From Octopus vulgaris (lineage: Eukaryota), in NCBI GenBank assembly GCA_951406725.2, contig OX597838.1:23374001-23438000 (forward strand): DNA of 64,000 nucleotides, in the 5' to 3' direction. This document shows positions 50,761-63,531 of the stretch, one piece after another; within the stretch, counting starts at the first letter, position 1, and the number at the start of each line of letters is the position of its first letter. A program made the translations under genes and the position numbers. The notes below the pieces were generated by a model. It worked only from the letters and a program-made list of their open reading frames with translations. It was not told the DNA's origin and ran no database searches.

Positions 50761-50970
50761 AATATTAAGGAATAAATCCAAACTTACAGGGAAAAATCAG
50801 ATTTAGGATTGAATCCAATTTTATAGTAAAATATTATATTATATTAAATTAGAGATAAAACCACTATTAGGCAAATCATACAATGAAAAACTTAAGCCAA
50901 TACATAAGATTAATTAATTTATATTATTTAAATATATAACAAAATTATTAAAAAAATATAATTAATATAA

Positions 50971-51034
50971 CACTACGATTGTTTCATGGCTGTTAATTTC
51001 TTTAAATTTTCGAGTTACAATCATTCATCAGGTG
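50971..51034 (-). ncRNA. Type I minimal hammerhead ribozyme motif with intact core
   Basis: cac-CTGATGA-atgattgt...acagccat-GAAA-caatcg-TA-gtg; stems I, II and a near-palindromic stem III can all be paired by eye. Confidence 0.6.
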
Positions 51035-51049
51035 GTTTAAATATTTAAC

Positions 51050-51620
51050 TTGGCGAGGTTTAGTGTGTGTGTGTATGGCTTCTAGGATCTCGAGAATGCA
51101 ATCGATAAAGCCATGGGAAATTGTTTTTCTTTGGAATAGAAAAATAGTCTATCCTTATTCCTTCTTTTGCTGGTGTCTCAAATTTAGGTTGAATCAGTGT
51201 TTCTCAAAGGGGATGCCTATGGGAAGGTCGGACAAGTTGTCTTGAGAAAATTCCATGCTGCAATTGTGTGTATGTGTGTGTCAGAGATACCAAACTTGAA
51301 TGTTGCAGAATTTTTGACCCCGAAGCAAAGTGCAAGCTTTTGGGATACAGTCCTTGCACATGTGCCTAATCAAAGGTTTTGCTGACATCTAGCACTGCAA
51401 CATCGCTTCCATTAGACTTCTCTGAAGCATGACACAAGAGAGATGGTCATCAGTGAATCCAGCTCTGCAAGAAGCGATACTGGTGGTCTCAGAGTGTGGG
51501 CAGAGAATTAGAGTTTTGTGATGTTGGAGAAAGACATTGTTAACGATTGTCTCCGTTACCTTGGGATGCTAGAAATTAGAGCAACAGGATGCTCGTCGCA
51601 TGGGTCAGAAGGATTACCTT
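51050..51620 (-). mobile_element. Highly degenerate LINE RT fragment (CR1/Jockey-like)
   Basis: IPKVTETIVNN and LDVSKTFD* remnants. Confidence 0.5.
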
Positions 51621-51991
51621 TCTTTGGAATGGGGTTCAGAAGTATGCTTCGAAATATCAGAGCATCAAACTGTAGGGAGTGACAGATGGGGTGAAATAAC
51701 ATCTGTTAAACATCCAGACATACATACAATCATCATACACTGCTTAACATGCGCATACATACACATACAGACACACATATGTACATGCAACAAAACTGTT
51801 AAATGTATGCATACATGGGCTAGACATAAGCGTTCCCATACACACTAACCATAGACTGTCAAATGCACACATGTAGAACAGGATGTTAAACACATGCATG
51901 CACAATGATATACCCATGCACCATGGACTGTTGGATGCATTAGAATTAATCACACACACCCACAGACATCCTAACCACATGGTTCCAGATT

Positions 51992-52226
51992 GATAAGGTG
52001 GTGAGCTGGCAGAACCGTTAGCACGCCGGGCGAAATGCGTAGCCGTATTTCGTCTACCGCTACGTTCTGAGTTCAAATATCGCCGAGTCGACTTTGCCTT
52101 TCATCCTTTCGGGGTCGATAAATTAAGTACCAGTTACCCACTGGGGTCGATATAATCGACTTAATCCGTTTGTATGTCCTTGTTTGTCCCCTCTGTGTTT
52201 AGCCCCTTGTGGGTAGTAAAGAAATA
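51992..52226 (+). mobile_element. Full-length family-B SINE with Tx1-like tail, inserted in the head of a family-A SINE
   Basis: A-box-like TGGCAGAACCG, B-box-like GAGTTCAAAT; 11-bp TSD GGTTCCAGATT (51981-51991, 52227-52237). Confidence 0.9.
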
Positions 52227-53426
52227 GGTTCCAGATTCATTTCCACTGCATGTCACCTTGGGCAAGTTTCTTCTGCTATAGCTTCGTGCTGTCTAAAGCC
52301 TTGTTAGTTGATTGGGTAGGCGGAAACTGAGAGAAGCCTGTTGTGTATATATGTGTGTGTGCATGTGTCTTGGTGTATGCGTTTATCCTGCCACCACTGC
52401 TTAACCCTCCACACACACACACACACATGCAGCATTGATACGCACCACAGACTGTTAAATACACACGCATACACACATGCTCCATATCGTTCTGGATAAA
52501 TTGACTAATTTAGATAAACTGTTATGGACTAAATTGTATTGAACAAAATGGAATGCACACAAATTGTGACCGACAAACCAACCTAGATTCGTGTGTGTTT
52601 GTGTGTGGGTATGTGTGTGTGTGTGCATGTGTATATGTATGTGTGTGCACGTGTATATGTATGTATGTGTGTGTGTGTGTGTGTATATGTGCTTGTGTAA
52701 GGCGTAGTATGGTTGAATGGTTAAGAAGCACAGCTGTTTTGCATATTAGTCACACTGTGTTCTGCTTGGTTTTTGTTGAGCGTAACTGTGTCTGTTGAAT
52801 GTAGATGGAAACTGAAAGAAGCCCGTTGTGTGTCTGTGTTTGCCCCTCCCCCATCACCACTTGACAACCAATGTTGCTGTATTTACCTCTGTGTAACTTA
52901 GCAGTTTGGCAAAAGAAACCAAGAGAACAAGTCCTGGGTTAAAAAAAAAAAATATAGGTTCTAGATCACCCCAGGACTTATTTTTTTAAGCCTGATACTT
53001 ATTCTGTCGGTTCCTTTCGCCGAATTGCTAAGTTATGAGGTGCATAAGTGCACCAAAATTAGTTGGCAAGTGGTGGTGGTGGTGGGGCAAACATAAGTGT
53101 GCGCGCACACACACACACAATGGGCTCCTGTTGGTTTCCATCTACCAAATCCACCCACAAGACTTTGGTCAGCCCAAGGTGCCATGCAGTGGGACTGAAC
53201 CCAGAACCTTGTGGTTGGAAAGCAAGTTTCTTACCGCACAGCCGCGCCTGCTCCTTCAAAAACCTATCTCTAAAATTTCATTAAAAAAAGATGTTATTAT
53301 GAAAGTTAACGAGAAACAAAGGGGTGGCTCTAAATTTTAAATTATACTAAATATTTCACATATATTTATATATTTCAAAAACATAATTATAATATATTAA
53401 TTATTATTATTATTTTGTTTTTACAG

Positions 53427-53449
53427 AAACTGCTAACATGTCTGAAGAA
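53427..53449 (+). CDS. ASL: 23-nt microexon ((E)TANMSEE), with internal ATG at 53438
   Basis: ttttgtttttacAG|AAACTGCTAACATGTCTGAAGAA|GTAAGT; MSEE followed by a phase-0 intron parallels vertebrate ASL MASE|. Confidence 0.7.
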
Positions 53450-56400
53450 GTAAGTAAATTCTTAATCTTCTCCTTCACCTCATAACTGTTCATTTTATAT
53501 AAAATTCTATTTTAACCCCTTTGATACCAAAGAGCTCCCTTCTATTTTAACCCTTTCGTTACCATATTTTTGCTGAAATATATTCCCTTTGTTTCAATTA
53601 ATTTTTAAAATAATTAGGATCTAGTAAAATAACTTTGTGGTTATTAAGCTGGTGCTTGGAACTTCAATTAACGAGAAATTTTGATGGGAGATTTTTATTT
53701 GGATCACTTTAGAACAGGATGTCTGTGTCCTAGGCCTAGGGATGGTCTCAAACGGGTTGGTAACAACAGGGTTCTCTTCTTTCTCTTTTTACTTGTTTCA
53801 GTCATTTGACTGCGGCCATGCTGGAGCACCGCCTTTAGTCGAGCAAATCGACCCCGGGACTTATTCTTTGTAAGCCCAGTACTTATTCTATCGCTCTCTT
53901 TTGCCGAACCGCTAAGTGATGGGGACGTAAACACACCAGCATCGGTTATCAAGCAATGCTAAGGAGACAGACACACAAACACATACACATATATATATAT
54001 ATATATACATATATACGGCAGGCTTCTTTCAGTTTCCGTCTACCAAATCCACTCACAAGGCATTGGTCGGCCCGGGGCTATAGCAGAAGACACTTGCCCA
54101 AGATGCCATGCAGTGGGACTGAACCCGGAACCATGTGGTTGGTTAGCAAACTACTTACCACACAGCCACTCCTGCGCCTATGTGATTTAAATGATTTAAA
54201 TTGAAACCTTCCACCAAAGCTTCATATTAACTCATGTTTCAAACACCAGCTTGATAACGAGTTATTTTATTGATTTCTTCTTTAATTTTCCAAATTAGTT
54301 GAGAAAAGGGTAGTAGCTTTCAACAGAAATTTGATAACAAAAGGTTTCGTCCTTTCAATAGCAACCAGTAATTTCTCCTCGTTCTACGATTCAAAATTGT
54401 TTCCTTTATGGCCGTGGTTCCTAAAGTGGGCAGTACTGCACCCACCCCTAAAAATGTTTGGGGATCACTGCTTTACAGTGTTTATATTTAAATTAAAACT
54501 TTCCATCGTAATTTTATACAAGAACCACTTTTTTTCTTACATTCCAAAAGACTAGCTTAATAACAGAGTATTCTATCTTATTTAATCCATCTTCTCATCC
54601 AACCAAATTCTTCATTATTTAAAAAAATGGAAAAAAAAAAAAAAGAATTAAAACACTTGGAAAGTATCTTTCGTTAATAAAACCACATCAGAAGGGTTAA
54701 ATGGAATTATTTTTGTAGGAAATGTTTCTGTTCTTTTGTGCAAAATATTTGTCATTTTTTATTTTAATGGTGTGTGTGTGTAAAATGACCCTGATGCAGT
54801 TACTGTTTATAAGTAGCACCCCCTGCAATCTCCCTTCTATTTACCTTACGTTAGCTGTAATATTTTAAAACAAAATGAGTCACTGGGTTGTGCACTAGCT
54901 CTTTGGTCTGTGGGTATTGTGCCTCGCCATCTGTTGATGTTTCACTTGCTAACATCATACCTCAGTTTCACATATCTTGGAAATTTGTCTGAACTATACT
55001 TGGAAAACACCACATCATCGTTTAACGTCCGCTTTCCATGCTAGCATGGGTTGGACGGTTCAACTGGGGTCTGGGAAGCCCGAAGGCTGCACCAGGCTCC
55101 AGTCTTATCTGGCAGTGTTTCTACAGCTGGATGCCCTTCCTAACGCCAACCACTCCGAGAGTGTAGTGGGTGATTTTATGTGCCACTGACACCGGTGCCA
55201 GACGAGGCTGGCGAACGGCCACGCTCGGATGGTGTTTTTTACGTGCCACCGGCATGGAGGCCAGTCAATGCGGTACTGGCTACGGCCACATTCGGATGGT
55301 TTTCGTCGTTCGGATGGTTGAGGAAAGAAAAACATTCTCATGAAAATAACTTTGAAACCTGGTTTGGTTTCAATGTTGGCATGGAGTTTCCCATCACTAC
55401 ATTCCATACTCTGGTCCACAAATGTGCTTTCTTCTCATTGTCTCCACCAAGACAACAAGGATGACCACCACCATCGCTACTATAGCGCCCTCTCTTCAGA
55501 ACTGGCTGGTCTCATACCATTCTGCTCAGGCTCACTTGTCCTTCTTCCCTTTCCAACTGTATTGTGTCTAACCCCACCCCACCCCCTGCTGTAACCATTC
55601 CACCCATACCTTCCACCCTCTGAAAATTCCTCCCTATCCATATTTCTGTTTTTGTCCTGCATGTTGTTTAAAAGTAGCATAACATCAATTTATTAACCTG
55701 TAATGGAAAATAGATGAGTTTCAAAACCTTGATGTCCAGGTCAGAAAAGCAAAGTTTAAAGGGAACAGTAGTGATTTCCTTTGATTTCTAGATAGAAGCA
55801 AATAGGAAATAACATTAACAGACCAAAAACAAACAAAAAAAATATTTAATGTTACTAGTGTAATCTGCATTAATTTATAAATAGGAACTTCAAATTCTTG
55901 TGGCTACCAGACTAGTTTACTGGGCAGCCCTGTTTCACAGTACTTTGCACAGTATCATTTATAACTTGTATCATTTATACTTATGTACAGGAAGCTGTAT
56001 TTTATTTAATTATTCAAGTAAATTTATTATTTATTTAGTGCTGAGAGGAGACCACTCTCAGTTTTGGAAAAATTGATAATCTAGAAATGCCTTGGTACCA
56101 AAGGTTCTGAAAATCAGTGTTGTACCTGTATGATATAAGTGGCTGAGTATTCCACAGATATGTGGAAGTGTGTGGCTAAGTGGTTAGGGTTTTGGCTCAC
56201 AATCGTAAGGTCGTGTGTTTGATCCCTGGTGGCCCATTGTATCCTTGAGCAAAACACTTGTTTCACATTGCTCCAGTCCAGGCCAGTCCAGTAAGCTGGT
56301 AGAAGTGAGTTGTACATACAATTCAAAGGGCCGGCCTTGTTACATTCTGTGTCGTGCTGAATCCACCCCAGAGAACTGAGTTAAGGATACGTGTGTCAGT

Positions 56401-56672
56401 GGGGTGCTCAGCCACTTGCACATTAATTTCACGAGCAGGTTGTTCCTTTGATCAGCTCAAATGAAGCCCTCATTGTGCCAGGAAGCCAGATTGGTTTAAC
56501 ACATTGAGACAAGGCTGGTCCTTAAAATTAGGGGTACGATACATCCAATAAGCTTTGATACATTTTCCATCTACCCAGTGCCATTCACAAGACCTCGATT
56601 GGGCCAAAGTTAGAGTAAAGACACTTGTTCAAGATATCACACATTGGGATCAAACCCAAGACTGCCCCATTA

Positions 56673-57068
56673 TCTTTATATATAAAAGAGAGGTTGTGTG
56701 CTGTCTGTCTCCTACGATTTAGATTCTTAACTACTCCTACATTTTGCGGTGCAGTTTAACCAAAACCGGGTATCTTATAGTCGTGATTCATATCGAGCCC
56801 TTCTGGGTATTAGCACGCGTTTACAATGAGTCTACAATTTAAAAAAAAATTTACCATCAATTTTTCCCATTTTTAATGCAGTTTTGGCATATATAAGGGA
56901 AGTAACTCTCTAAAAATTTATTATTAAATCTCAGAACGTAAAAAGCTACACTAACCCCCCCCCTTTGTGGTTAGCCATATTGAGATGGCTATTATATTTT
57001 ACATCTCTAAAAATGCTTATATAGTTATTTCCCTTACAAACCCGAGCAACGCCGGACAATACTGCTAG
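56673..57068 (+). mobile_element. Complete non-autonomous Helitron
   Basis: A|TCTTTATATATAAAAG...cccgagcaacgccgg...CTAG|T; inserted between A and T, no TSD. Confidence 0.88.
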
Positions 57069-57167
57069 TCATTTATAAATTCAAGATACGTGTGCTGTGT
57101 GTGCTTGTCTGGGAAGTGTTCATTCAATATCCGTCATGTTTGTTGAGTTTTTTTTTGTTCTTTCTTT

Positions 57168-57209
<42 letters not shown>

Positions 57210-57256
57210 GTTTGCGGGGGGAACTTTCTTATTAACTCTTGAACTGTTATGATTAG

Positions 57257-57385
57257 ACTGCAGTGGAGAAAATGGATTCTGGTAAGCATCCTTCCGAAGA
57301 GAGCACCATGCCATTAGAAGCTAAACGCCCCCGCAACTCTGAGACTGTGGAGCCAACATCACCAACTTCTGAAAAGAAAGCAGAG
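57257..57385 (+). CDS. ASL: Putative 129-nt phase-0/0 exon (TAVEKMDSGKHPSEESTMPLEAKRPRNSETVEPTSPTSEKKAE)
   Basis: Unique, open, GC-richer segment with TTAG acceptor and GAG|GTAAAA donor; no homology recognised. Confidence 0.6.
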
Positions 57386-57670
57386 GTAAAATTTAATCAA
57401 GTCTGGGACCATTAACACTTACTTCTTAACGATCTCTTTCAACCACTTGCTTAATTTTTTCCTTGTTTATTCCCTCCACCCTTTTTTACCCTTGTCATCT
57501 ATCAACTATTTTCTTTTTCAGTATATATTTTTCCCTTTTTTTTTGTATATTCATTTTTACTCCCTTCCTGTACTGCGACTATATATATATATATATATAT
57601 ACAGATCGCCATGTTGATTCGCTAGCCTCTGCACGCATTTTTTTTCTCTCCCTGTTTCTTTTCTGTGTAT

Positions 57671-57706
57671 CTTTCTGTTGAAGAGCATAGGCTCGAAACG
57701 TAAAAG
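57671..57706 (+). ncRNA. Minimal hammerhead-like motif with variant core (Penelope-type)
   Basis: cttt-CTGTTGA-a-gagc(atag)gctc-GAAA-cg-TA-aaag. Confidence 0.45.
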
Positions 57707-57803
57707 ACTTGTTTTATTTATATTCCTGAGCGCCATACTAATACAATTGTTTGTTTGTATTCCACCTGCCTTCGTCTTTTGTTTATTTTCATAAAGCTTC
57801 CCG

Positions 57804-57838
<35 letters not shown>

Positions 57839-58738
57839 AAGGATCAAACAAACAGCAATGTGCAGGTGTGGCTGTATGATTAAGAAGGTTAATTGCAACT
57901 ACATGGTTTCAGGTTCAGCCCCAATGTGTGGCACCTTGAGCTTCTACTACGGCTCTGGGCCAAACAATGTCTTGTGAGTGAATTTTCTGACAGAAACTGT
58001 ATGGACACCAATTGTATGAGTGTGTGTATGTGCATGCATGTATGTGTGTGTGTGTGTGTGTATGTATATGTGTGTGTGTGTGTACACACATATACCTTTT
58101 TACAGGTTTCAAACTGTGGCCATGCTGGGGCACCACCTTGAAGAATTTTAGCCAAATGACTCAACTCCAGTACTTTTTTTTCCCTTTAAGCCTGGTATTT
58201 ATTCTATTGGTCTCTTTTGCCAGTCTGCTAAGTTACAAGGATATAAACATACCAACACTGATTGCCAACCAGTGGTGGTGGTGGTGGTGGGATGGTGCAA
58301 ACACAGACACAAAGACACCCACACACATATATATATACAACAGGCTTTCAGCTTCAATCTACTCAGTACACTAACAAAGCTTTGGTCAGCCCAAGGCTAT
58401 AGCAGAAGATACTTGCTCAAGGTGCCACGCAGTGGGATTGAACCCGGAACCATGTGGTTGGTAAGCAAGCTACTTACCACACAGCCACATATAAAGTGTG
58501 TCTGTGTCTGTGTTAATGTTCTTGTAACTTATTGATTGATTTGGCAAAAGAGACTGATAGAATAAATATCAGACTTGAAAATAAGTACTAGGTTTGGTTT
58601 CTTTTGACTAAAACCCTCATGGTGGTGCCCCAGCATGGCCACAGTCCAATGATTGAAATGAGTGAAAGGTAACACAAAAGAAACAACAAGTGTGTTGAGT
58701 AAAGATTATTTGCCAACATAACATGGCAGTCCTGGTTT

Positions 58739-59022
58739 AGGACAAATGCTACTGTGATTTAGCCCCAGGAGACATCGTCTCCACCTAGCTATAAGACACG
58801 ATCTGTGTCTTTATATTTTCGAACAAGGGCTTTTAGCACCCCCACTCAGATCAAAACAATATCTGTGTATCGCGATTTCCAGGTTATTTCCCTTCATCAG
58901 CACAGAATAACTGTTGGGTGTGCTAACTGCCCTTGTTCGAAAATATATAAGGACACAGATCATGTTGTACAGCCAGCTGGAGATGATGTCTCCTGGGGCT
59001 AAATTACAGCAACATTTGTCCT
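58739..59022. mobile_element. Palindromic MITE-like element (arms about 90 bp)
   Basis: aggacaaatg..tttagccccaggagacatc..ttcgaacaagggc is mirrored at 58930-59022. Confidence 0.75.
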
Positions 59023-59317
59023 GCTGAATATCTCTCATTGAGAGATTTACAATTAGTCACAAGTGTGTTATCTTGAAATCTTTTTACTATTTCAAATCGC
59101 ATTTTGTGATCAATAGCTTCATTGGATATAAGTTTCCAGCAGATCTGTCCCTAGCCCTCTGTATTTATGATGGAAAAAGGGTCAAGAAAATAACTGCACA
59201 AGTGACAAAAGATCCTTACAGGATATTTTTGTTTGGAAGCACTAGTTTATTGGGTCTTGTTGATGTTAATATCATAAGCTGGTGTACATCATGGAAAGGT
59301 ACATACATACTCTAGAC

Positions 59318-59536
59318 CAGTGGTTTTCAACCAGGGTTCCGCGGAACCTTAGGGTTCTGCCAGTACAGTCTAGGGGTTCCGCAAGAAGTTACAAAACTGC
59401 TAAAATCGGCAGTAATTTTTAATTCTCCTGTGCAGATATGTGTGCATAAGACTATTAAATTATTGCACAGGGGTTCCTCGAGCCAGTGGAATGTTTCCTT
59501 GGGGTTCCGCTCCAGCAAAAAGATTGAAAAGCACTG
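59318..59536. mobile_element. hAT (Charlie-like) MITE, copy 2
   Basis: CAGTG...CACTG termini, perfect 8-bp TSD CTCTAGAC. Confidence 0.92.
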
Positions 59537-60881
59537 CTCTAGACTATGTTAGAAAACAAAAAAAAACCCACAGAAACTCTTCTAAGATACCATACAGTGG
59601 GATTGAATCAGAACTGTGTGATTGCAAAGCAAACTTTTTTAACCATGCAGCTACATCTTTTGGCCAATATTTGCTCTAGCCCTGATCTCTTGTTTTCCAG
59701 ATCAGTTATATATCCAGCTTGTATTGATATTGGTTAACAATTTTTCTTAATCAAACAATGCTTAGTGGACCTTGTCAACATTTTAACCGTTTAGTGTCCA
59801 TATTACTCAATCAAATGTAATGTTTATTTATTCACATTGTCTTCAATTAACCATGCATTGTTTCATAGCTTAGAGATTTCAATGATGTGATTGTATATTT
59901 TTAGAATGATATCATATGATAGGTTTCAGAAATCAGATCTAGCTAGTTTGGGTGTAAAGCAGAATAATTGAGCCAGATATGGCTGGTTTAAAGGCTAAAG
60001 GTTTAGGCAAGTTTAACAGCTGTATCAATGTTTCTTAACCTCAAGCCAGCTATGATTGCAGAGTAGGTTTGAGAGGTCAGATCTAACCAGTTTGTTCTAT
60101 GATGATGATGATCATCATCATCGTTTAACGTCCGCTTTCCATGTTAGCATGGGTAGGATGATTTGACTGAGGCCTGGTGAACCAGACTACTATCTGATCT
60201 GGCAGAGTTTCTACAGCTGGATGCCCTTCCTAACGCCAGCCACTCCAAGAGTGTAGTGGGTGCTTTTATGTACCACTGGCATGAGGGCCAGTTAGGTGAT
60301 ACTGGCAACGGCCACGCTCAAATGGTGCTTTTTATGTGCCACCTGCACAGTAGCCAGCCCAGCGGCACTGGCAACGATCTCGCTCGAATGTTTTTTTCAC
60401 GAGCCACCAGCACAAGTGCTGGTAAGGCGATGCAGGTAATGATCGTGCTCGAATGGTGTTTTTAACATGCCATCGGCACAAAGGCCAGGTTGTTGCTCTG
60501 GTAACGATCTCACTCGTATGGTACTCTTAGCACTCCACTAGCAACGGATGCCAGTCACCGAGTTTGATTTCGATTTTGCTTGCCTCAACAGGTCTTCGCA
60601 ATCCAGTTTGATTTTGATTTCACTTGCCTCAAAGTGATCTAAATTAAAACTTTCCATAAAAATTTCATGGCAATTTATGTTCTGAACACTTGCTTAATAA
60701 TGACAAAAGTTATTTTACTATATAGGTGCTGGAGTGGCTGTGTGGTAAGTAGCTTGCTTACCAACCACAGGGTTCAGGGTTCAGTCCCACTGCATTTCAC
60801 CTTGGGCAAGTGTCTTCTACTATAGCCTCGGGCCGACCAAAGCCTTGTGAATGGATTTAGTAGACGGAAACTGAAAGAAGC

Positions 60882-60934
<53 letters not shown>

Positions 60935-62066
60935 TTGTGTGTGTGTGTTTCTGTGTTTGACTCCCAACATCGCTTAACAACCGATGCTGGTGTGTTTACG
61001 TCCACGTAACTTAGCGGTTCGTCATAAAGAGACCGATAGAATAAGTACTAGGCTTACAAAGAATAAGTCCTGGGGTCGATTTGCTCGACTAAAAGGCGGC
61101 GCTCCAGCAAGGCCGCAGTCAAACGATTGAAACAAGTAAAAGAGTAAATTCATCATTTGAAAAAACCAAAAATATTTGAAACAAAGGCGGCGTTTTTCAG
61201 TAAAATTTATTGTGGAGCAAAAAAAAAAAAAATGGTTTAAACTAACCTAATTTCACTCTTTCGTGTCTTGGAAGAGTGTTTGTTAATTCTAGGTTCTTAA
61301 TCCCTTTCTGATCACCATGGTAATTCTAAATCCGCTTCGTTGAACCTGAATAATCTTGTGAAACCACTAGATTAGTAGGATCTGTATTTTCTGGTCTTGT
61401 CACAGTAATAAGCTTGGACATTTACAACGTATTTCAAACATATGTCGAGGTGGGGGGTGGAAACGATTTTGATCGTTGATGATGATATCCATAAGACCAT
61501 TGATCTTTTAATGTCTCATGCCTTTTTAGACACGCTAAAACTTATTGATTGCTTTTTTATGTGAATAGTCATCATCATCATCAGTATTTAAATGTCCATT
61601 TTTCCATGCTTACATAGGACAGATGGAATTGGTTGAGGTAGATTTTCTATAGCTGGATGCCCTTCCTCTGGCCAGTTCTCACTTCATGTCAAAACAAGAA
61701 GACACATACACACACACACACACACATGCTTCTTTCAGGTTCTGTCTACCAAATCCACTCACAAGACTTTTGTTGGCCTGGGGCTATAGTTGAAGACACT
61801 TTCCCCAAAGTGCCATATAGTAGGACTGAACCCAAAACCATGTGGTTGGCATGCGACCTTCTTAACCACACAACCATGGATGCACTTGTAGTATTTTTGA
61901 ATTCTCTAAAAAATATTGTTTCCCTTTCCATTAAATGTAGTCTTGTACATTTTCCTTCCTATTCATTTAACACTCCATTACCAAAAATACTGAAGACCAT
62001 GCTACACTGATGAGGTCAGAATAACACCAAAACATGTCCCAAAAAGATAAAAGCATGATATTAACC

Positions 62067-62166
62067 NNNNNNNNNNNNNNNNNNNNNNNNNNNNNNNNNN
62101 NNNNNNNNNNNNNNNNNNNNNNNNNNNNNNNNNNNNNNNNNNNNNNNNNNNNNNNNNNNNNNNNNN
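62067..62166. other. Assembly gap (100 N)
   Basis: Run of N. Confidence 1.
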
Positions 62167-62385
62167 CTCACCTTCTTCTGTCTCCTCCCTCGCACCTTCT
62201 CCTGTCTCCTCCCTCGCACCTTCTCCTGTCTCCTCCCTCTCACCTTCTTCTGTCTCCTCCCTCGCACCTTCTCTTGTTTCCTCCCTCTCACCTTCTTCTG
62301 TCTCCTCCCTCGCACCTTCTCTTGTCTCCTCCCTCGCACCTTCTCTTGTTTCCTCCCTTGCACCTTCTCCTGTCTCCTCCCTCAT
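62167..62385. repeat. 24-bp pyrimidine-rich minisatellite abutting the gap
   Basis: About 9 units of CTCGCACCTTCTCCTGTCTCCTCC. Confidence 0.92.
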
Positions 62386-62977
62386 CTTTATGCTTCCTTC
62401 CCTTCTCTCTCTAAGATCCTATCTTTATTATAAATTAATGTATTTATTACTTGTTTCATGTAAATCAAATTGATGTATTGTGGTGGTCACCTATAAAGAT
62501 GCAGTTATGCTTATTTCAGTAGTACAGAACAACCATTTAATATTGATTTCAAACTTTGGCATAAAGCCAGCAATTTGACCCCAGTTTCAACTGGTCCTTA
62601 TTTTAACAACCCTAAAAGGATAAGTCGACCGTAGCAGACCTTGAACTCAGAATGTAAAGACAGATGAAATGCTGCTAAGGATTTCAACCTGTGTGGTAAC
62701 ACTTCTACCAGCTCACTGCCTTCAATGACCATTTAATATCAAATGATATTTAGGGCCAAAGTGGGGTGAGCTGGCAGAATTGTTAGCATGCCGGACGAAA
62801 TGCTTAGCGACATTCTGTCCCTCTTTATGCTTTCAGTTCATCAAGGTCAGCTTCGCCTTCTTTCATCCTTTTGGGGTCGATAAAATAAGTACCAGTTGAG
62901 CACTGGGGTTGATGTAACTGACTTAGGTCAACCACTGAACTTATTGACCTTGTGCCAAAATTTAAAAACAGTATTAA

Positions 62978-63188
62978 CCCTTTCGTTACCAACCCGGCTC
63001 TGACACTGTAGTACAAATGTCTTGTTTTCATAAGTTTTTCATTAAAATCTTCCACCAAACCTTAGTTGCAATTTATGTTCTTAACACTAGCTTAATGATA
63101 ATTGAATTATTTTACTAAATTCTTTGTTATATTTAAAATAATTGAAAGAAACACAGAGCATCTCAAAATAAATACAGTAACGAAAGGG
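62978..63188. mobile_element. piggyBac-like MITE (second family; related copies near 22930-23158 and 53546-53772)
   Basis: TTAA|CCCTTTCGTTAC...GTAACGAAAGGG|TTAA. Confidence 0.85.
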
Positions 63189-63375
63189 TTAAATTCTATT
63201 TAGGGCTTAAGCAAAATTAATTTAAATGTGGAATGGCTTTGGAACGAAAATTGAAATCTTCAAATGGTTCCATGAAGATTTCATCTAAGAATCTAAAAAT
63301 GCAAGTGTGAATCAGATCAACACTGATTCTGAAGTTTAAATTTTTCTTACATATGACTAACCTTTCTGTTGGCAG

Positions 63376-63462
63376 GGCAGTGTGGCTTATGCGAAGGCCA
63401 TCCAGAAAATTGGACTGCTTTCTGAAAAAGAATGCGATCTCATCGTTGAAGGACTTCACAAG
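63376..63462 (+). CDS. ASL: Argininosuccinate lyase internal exon
   Basis: GSVAYAKAIQKIGLLSEKECDLIVEGLHK aligns with human ASL [29 protein letters not shown] (recalled from memory); GGCAG acceptor, AAG|GTTAGT donor; not in the ORF track. Confidence 0.85.
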
Positions 63463-63531
63463 GTTAGTAAACTGCATAGTCACTCTCTACCTAATTTGAG
63501 GAGTCTTTTGGGGTTTTATTCTAATCTCTGA

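Noticed and set aside
62002-62414. REETGEGA acidic repeat ORF on the minus strand
   Set aside because: Minisatellite running into an assembly gap with no splice or homology support; cannot be called coding
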